Origin: Psammoneis japonica
Taxonomy: Eukaryota
Length of the DNA: 64,000 bases
Assembly: GCA_008632985.1 (NCBI GenBank)
Contig: QPGO01000248.1
Coordinates: 1 to 64,000 of the forward strand
Direction: 5' to 3'
The translations under genes were made by a program, and so were the position numbers. How positions within the stretch are numbered: the first letter of the stretch is position 1; each line of letters opens with the position of its first letter. Shown here one piece after another: positions 57,201 to 64,000 of this stretch. The notes beneath the pieces were generated by a model. That model was not told the DNA's origin. It saw only the letters and a program-made list of their open reading frames with translations, and made no database searches.

Positions 57201-60200
57201 CAAAGTTTGTTTGCAAGCAGCTCCAAAATGGCTTTGATGTTGTCAATGTGCACAAGTCCCATGGGCTGCATTCAACTTCAAGGGCCAGCAAGAGACACTC
57301 TGAGAGGTGCCAGATGGGTTGCTGTGCTGGGCTTGTTTTGGTGATGTTGTCATTCAATGATGAAACATGCCTTTCTTTTCAGCCACTCACTGAGGTTTCT
57401 TGGTTCCTGATTGGTTGCTTTGTTTGTCAATGCAGCCACTCGAGGATTGCCAAGCAGCAATTTGCTGCTTGCACTGCAGATGTTGTTTGCATTGCATTGA
57501 TTGCAGTTGTCAACACAAGTCAGCACAAATGCCCACATTCAGCCACCACAGCAATCAGCCACAACAACAAAAAGTCAGAGACTTGTGCCACTTAGTGTGA
57601 CAGGATCAGGAGTCACATCCAGGACAAAACTGTCTCCATCAAGTGGTGGAAATGACAGGAAACTGCGTGTCAGAAATGCTCTCTCTTCAGTGTGTGTTGG
57701 CAAAGTCCCATCTTTTGTCATGAGGTTTGGCCTTGCTTGTGCATCTTTGCAAGCAACTTGGCAGCATGGTGTCAGACATGGCCCAGCCAGTGCCAATGAA
57801 GAACCTGTCAGCTCTTGCCATGGGAACAAGCAGGTGCTTGAGGAGTGAGATGCTTGTGTGCAAGATTCAAGCTGCAAGTGCAACACAGAACTCCAGACAC
57901 TGGCCTTTGACATCATGAAGGCATGCACAAATGACAATGGAGTTTCATCACTGAAATGTTCAAAAAATGGTGGACATTGCAGTGCAGAGTTCTTGCAAGC
58001 ACACCAAGGAGCAAGAAAAAGCCATGTGACATGGTGGACAACAACTGAATGACAAAACAAAAAGCCAGTGTGATGGATGCCACCCTTGACCACATTGCCA
58101 CCAAGCAAAGTGAAGAAGTTCTGGAACATCTTGTGCAAAGAAGCAGAACCACACAGTTGTGGAGCAAGATCAACTGATGTTGTCTGCTCCAGAGATGGTT
58201 GCTCTCTGCCAATTTGCAGATCCAGAAATGAGCAACAACGCCATCTTTCAATTGGCAACCTTCTTTTTGAACTTGAACCTGAGTGCCTTTCTGACCTGTT
58301 TCCAAAATGTGCCCACACCATGTTCTAAGATTGCATGCTGAAAAGGGACAACACACCAAGAGAATTTCCAACAATGCCGCTGCACGCTGCAACAAGAACA
58401 AGACAAAGAAGCACCCATGTGAGCTGTGGTGGATGTGCCATCTGTGTTTGGTTGCCAAGAAGTCAACATCCAGAGTGGTGGTTGCCAGTGATTTTGAGCA
58501 ATCCCAGTTGTTCTCCTTGATGAACAATGATGCTGTTCCAGCAGTTGGGACAGACAAGGGGTGGGGGAGATTCGACATCCCCATTTACAAGGACAGCCAG
58601 TTGATGGGAAGAAGGAAATTGCTTGGAGCACTGCTCTGTGTCAGCCACAGTCAAGGAAGCATCTGAATGCTGGGACAACCTCCAAAAAGTCTGTTCCATG
58701 ATGATCTTCCAATGTGCAATTTCCCGCAGAGACACTCCTTGATGACAAAGTGACTGTGCTTCTCATCAAGGTCATGACAAGGATGCCAAGATCATGAGTT
58801 GCACCCCCCCCCCCCCCCCCCCCCTGTGACACTGGGACAGAAGTGGAAGGCATGATCAAGAAGACAATGTCAAAAGGACATTGATTTGTCATGTGACAAG
58901 GCATTTCCAAGGTCCCATTGGAGCACTCACCAAGAGCCAAGCCAACAATGCTGCAGGAGCAAGAAGCCCAGAATGATGTGACTGCAGAACCTGTGTCTCT
59001 TGTGGCAAGACTTGCACTCACACTCAGGGACAAGAAAGTTCTTGATGATGCTGCCACCCATTGCACCAGTGTTGCAGACTGTCAAGGGTCAGAAAAGCTG
59101 GCAGCACTGTGGTGGTCTGGTTCAACCCTTCTTGTTGTGCCTGCAGAGTCCCCTGTGAGGACAAGGAGCAGCAAAGTTGAAGCATGTCAGTCAAATGATG
59201 GAAAGCAGCAGAATGTCATTGACAGGGAGGCTGGCACTTCAATGGTCTCACAATGCTCCTGCTCTGCTTGCACAATGCAGACATCATCCAACTTTTCAAA
59301 ATGTCTTCCATTTGATGAAAACCTGCAAAACAGGTGAAGAGCATGGAATGTGGACTTGCCATGATGCCCCTCCTCTTCAACTTGACAAATGTGATCCAAA
59401 TGCAAGCAGTGTGTGAGAGATGCAGGCATTTTTCAAAAGATGGCAATTTCAAACATTCTTCAGGACAGGACCAAGCAAACAAGTTGAAGTCGGCAAGTCA
59501 AACCAAAGCTCCTTTTCTCATGCAGGGCTCCAACAAAGACACACAATCTGTGGTTCCTTGTGCTTCACAATGGCTGAATTTTCTCAAGTCATTTGTGCCC
59601 TCCACTGTGCAGTTGCCTTGCAAAAATTGAACAAGACAGCTCATGGTGCCGCCATGTTGGAAGCACGAAGGCTGATGCTGAAGAAACAACAACAAAATCC
59701 ATCCAACACTTGTGATTCTCTTCTCAAGGAAAGCAAGCATTGCAACCTGGCAATGGCTCAGTTCATGAGTGGGATTGAGAAAGAGAGAACAAAGGAGTCC
59801 CCAAATGAGGGGACAATTGCCCAATGCCAAGCCATCACAGACATGCAAGTGGATGCAGCAAAAGAAAGTCCACATTCAGAAACCATGGAACTTGGGAGAC
59901 TTGCCAAATTAACCCATGGTGCTGCTTCCTTGCTTGAGGCTGTCAAGGCACGTGAGCAGTCAGACAAGAAATGCAAAGGTCCAGCACATGTCAGATGTCA
60001 GTCAGATTCAGCCCCATGTTTGGGGGATGCAATCTCTCCAACAAAGCTGGCACTCAAGTCATGTGCAAATGGGGCTCCATCTGTGCCACTGTGACAGATG
60101 TGCACCCAGAAGAGGACAAGCTGGGGTTGCACATCACCATTCTGCAGTTGACAGAACAGCCCAAAAGAGCTCTTGGGCCTCTGACAACAATGGCAAAGCA

Positions 60201-63200
60201 CATGAAAACCCAAGATGGAATTGTCGGCATGGATTTGAAGAACAACAACATGACCACAGCTTCTCATTTCAAGGCATGGCAAACAGAGCTTCCAGACAAA
60301 ACCAAGCAAGGCCCTGTCTTCATCAAGCCAGAACACAAGGAAGAATGCCATGCACAAGAGCCAGCAAAAGAGAAATGGTTGAGAGGATGGTGCAGTGAGG
60401 AGGGTTTTGAGAGCTGTCCCTCAATCTTAAATTCTGCCAACAAAGCAACAAGTTCAGCTGTGAGTGCAAACCAAAAAACAGATTGCTTTGCTCATCATGT
60501 GGCAGAGAGAACCTTGCCCAAGGCACAAAGGGTGCTTCAAAAGATCAAGGAAAGTGTGGGGCAATGACCACAGAAAAGAACCCACAAGAGACTGGCTTGC
60601 TGCCGACAACAAGAGCTGGAGGAGGCTGTGACCTTTCTGCCAGAGACTGACTTCATTGGTGAGTGCCAAGTGTCATCTGATGAAGAAATTGTCACAAAAA
60701 GCTGGGCACCATTGCATTTCTTTGCCATGGAGAACAAAGCCCCAGAACCTTGGTGGACCACATCCCTGGAGGACAAAACAACTGGTGAAAAATTGAAAGA
60801 CAAGAACGAGCATTGCAGCACAAACAAGTGCCCATGACAGCACTCAATTTGGACTCTTTCTCAGCTTTCCCATTTTTCTCCTTGCAAATGAGAAAGTGGA
60901 AAGGAGCCCACAAGAGGCTGCCAGTTGCCCACCTCTGACAACAACAAGGGCTGGAGACTGTGACCTTTGTGCTGGAGGCTGACTCTGCTGGTGAGCACTG
61001 CATGCTTTCTGAGGAAAAAATCATCACAATGAGTGGGGCACCATTGCATTGCCTTGCCATGGAGAGCAAAGCCCAAGAATTTTGGTGGGCCACATTTCTG
61101 GAGGACAAAACAATCGAAAGTCAAGAGTCAGCTTTGTGGCACAGGAGCACAAAAATTAGACTCTTCCTCTCTCCGCCACAGCCAATGCACAAGAACACCA
61201 GCAATGAATGGTGGAAAAGAATGCAAACATGCTGCTGACTGTCATTGTCAGATTGAAAGAAGATGAAAGGATCTGTTTTTGCAAGAGATTGTGCAAAAGT
61301 TGAGTCTCACAATTCACAAGAGCATGGCCAACAAAGCTCAATTTGGACCCCCTTTTTGCCTTTCTCATTGTCATCCACACAGCCAACACATGCAGCACAA
61401 AACACCATGAAAAGTGGACACGCAAGAATGCAAACTCACTGTTGACCATTGTCAAGTGTTGAGAAGAAGAGAGTGTTGATGTTGCACTGGTGATGGGAGG
61501 AAATGTGAGATCTGTCTTTGTGGCAGTTTGTGGCATGCACTCACCACAGCACGGATTCTTGAAAAGAACAGCAGACAGCGCAGATTGCTCTGCTGAAGAT
61601 GACAAAAGAGTGACAATGAACAAAGCAATCCAAATCAATGATGAGATTGTGAGTTTTATTTTGGCAGCCGCTGGCTCAGCTTGTGTGTGGAAATGGCGGC
61701 GTGTGTTCTTGTGAGTGCTGGCTGGCACGAATCCAGATGCCTCAGTGGCATTGGGTTCAACATGTGCACATGCTAAAAGCACTTTAGAAACAGTGTTTGT
61801 GTCATTGTGACAGAAGTTGAAGTGGGTTGAATCGCTCACCACTGTCAAATGGATTGTTTGTTCCAGAATTGAAGCCCCACTCTTTGCTGCATCATCTTTG
61901 AACAAAGTTTCGTGTGTGACCTGCTCCAAAAGTTTTGGAATGTAAATGGAATGAAAGATTCAGAGAATGGGAACATTTGCTCCAATGCGGTGTTTTCACA
62001 CAGTGCCGCAGAGTTGCTGCCGCACAGCAGGTGGGTTCCTTGCTTGCTTCATTTGTTTGTTCCTCGGCACAGATGCCCATCTGTCTTTCCCTCGTAATTG
62101 AGCAAGCATGTTTGCGTGTTGCTGTTGCTGTTGTTGTTGTTGTTCATGACATGATGCATTGCTCTTGCTGCCAATCACAAATGGTGCCACCATGGGCCAT
62201 GGGCTTTCAAATCATTTGCAGCGATGGCGGCGAGACAGGACAAGAACACTTTTGGAAATTCTACACCACAGCCTTGATGCCATTTACCTTGGGAGTTCCA
62301 CCAAGCGAAGCAAAGCTGTTTCTCAACGATGCCTTCGTTGGACTTTTGGAGTCCCTCCGGCCAGTCATTGAGAACATTCCTGGTGCTCTGGACCTTCAAT
62401 TGATGCCTCAAGGCTGCAGGGAATGTTTCTGGTCAGCACATGACAATGCCATCAGTGTGAATGAGTGTCTCGACACACACGAACATCGCACTGTGGTCAA
62501 ACTCCCTGTGGACCTAAACTGCAATTTCCTGCATGTGACTGGACATGGGTTCAACAATTTCGAAAATGGTGGACAGCTTCGATTCACGAACATTCCTCTT
62601 TCCTTCAACGACTTTGGTTCGCCTCCAAATTTGCTTGCAATTCTGGACATCTGTGCATCGCCGCAGGCTGTGGCTGTGTTCAGCGGAAAACATCCTGTGA
62701 ATGAACCCTCGAAGTTTAAATGGAAGAAGGCATTCAATGACCCAGCAAGTCCAGTGCCTGTTGTTTGTGACAAGACCAATTCCACTTGGGCATTCCATGC
62801 AGGCTATGAAGGCCAGTCTTCTGATGACCATGATCGATCTCATTTTGCACAAATGACTGTGCCCTTTGGCGACTCGGTCGCTTGTTGCCTTCTTGTGGCC
62901 ATCAAGTCCTTTGCAGAGGACAACTTTGAAGGCATCTCTCTTGACAATTGATTTGCAGCAAACTGCAGGAAGCTGTGCACAGGCTTTCTGAGCAAGTGGA
63001 CAAACTCGCCGAAACCTTGCTCCACCTTGGGCACTTTACAAACAATGATTGCGGAAGGAAGATTGACGGTGAACATGGCAGCTTTTGATTGTCATCTGTT
63101 TCAGCATCCTGACAGGTGGTTCCTGACTGAAGAGAGGCTGTTGTCTTGGCTGAGAAAGATGGTGCATTGGCAGAAAATCCAATGGCTTTTTTGCTGCAAC

Positions 63201-64000
63201 AAGTGAAGACATGGCACGAAGGAAATCCTGACTCCACGCGAGAAAAGGATGGAACACAGGAAGCCTGGAGCATTTTGATCAAGACGTTGGGGCCTTTTGG
63301 TCAAAAGCTGAAGTCGATTGAACTGTCTTTTGTGATGACATGAAGATTTCTGAAGATGAAGATGGCACTCTGTTTGAACTTTGGGCTCTGGCATGCCCAA
63401 TCTTGGATGACACAGTTGAGCAAGTCCAACTGTGGATCAGCACTGGTGGCCCCAGCCCGCAACCCAGTGATGACTCAGACCAGCAAACATGTGTTTTAGC
63501 AAATGCGTGATGAACAAGGTCCACAAAATTGTTTCAAGCCATCTTTCATGCCTCAACCAAGATTTCCCGTTTGCACCTGCCCACCAGTTCACCGCTGTTT
63601 CTAGGCTCTGGATGACATCCACCCGGCATGGCAGGGCAACCGTTTTTTTGGCAGCCAAACCATGGCGGGGAAGTTTTTAACTCAACCACTTTTGGATTAG
63701 AGAACAGCTGAACAGTCACAAGCCTCTTGAACTTTTGCACTGTTTCCATGCCACACAGCCAAAAGGGTTTGTCACACTGTCACAGATCAATTGCAGGAAG
63801 GCTCCTGCCCATTGCTGGAGGACATTCTACCTTTGGCAACAAGATTGTCCGCTTGAAGAAATTCCAGACAGCAAACAAATTAAGTGGCTCAGCATGACAA
63901 GGTGCCACAGTGATGGCAACTTGGTGCAAGTTGTGGCAAACCCACCAGGAGGGTCTGTGTGGTGCAATTTCTGTCCAGCGCCGCAGGCTCAAACTCTTCA
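48260..64000. repeat. Large degenerate repeat/TE block depleted in TpA and CpG
   Basis: About 16 kb of TG/CA-saturated sequence. Internal diverged repeats at 48269-48535 / 54750-54990, ~54610-54700 / ~55010-55100 and ~60575-60780 / ~60900-61112. No recognisable intact gene. Confidence 0.8.

Noticed and set aside
48400..64000. Hundreds of Cys/His/Gln-rich ORFs in all six frames (also 13650-16330, 25450-29740, 30800-31960)
   Set aside because: A by-product of losing TAA/TAG and of TG/CA enrichment; not metal-binding proteins or overlapping genes.

Overview
Eukaryotic nuclear DNA, most likely a diatom: short GT-AG introns, a fucoxanthin/LHCR-type antenna pseudogene and ASAF-type bipartite plastid-targeting peptides. 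About 15 host genes are present: alpha/beta-hydrolase, repeat/coiled-coil protein, family-6 hypoxanthine-DNA glycosylase, Atg22-like MFS, Nit1, AlkB-like dioxygenase, PTPMT1-like phosphatase, lipase-Hint (Hog) fusion, GNAT, pirin, PPPDE-PUL, WDR83 and a double-domain ArsA/GET3. They alternate with repeat blocks. Two blocks are tyrosine-recombinase (DIRS-order, Ngaro/PAT-like) retrotransposons, one complete with A1-ORFs-B1-A2-B2 split direct repeats. The main signal is that repeat DNA, and not genes, has lost almost all TpA through A>G transitions on both strands (TA>TG, TA>CA). This turns Tyr into Cys/His, erases TAA/TAG stops and kills the recombinase catalytic Tyr. It is visible directly between the element's own terminal repeats, runs ahead of CpG decay, and fades next to gene promoters, so it looks like a repeat-directed adenine hypermutation system (an inverse of fungal RIP). 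Undoing the mutations also suggests a hidden amber stop plus stem-loop at the gag/pol junction. All counts are by eye; no database searches were run.
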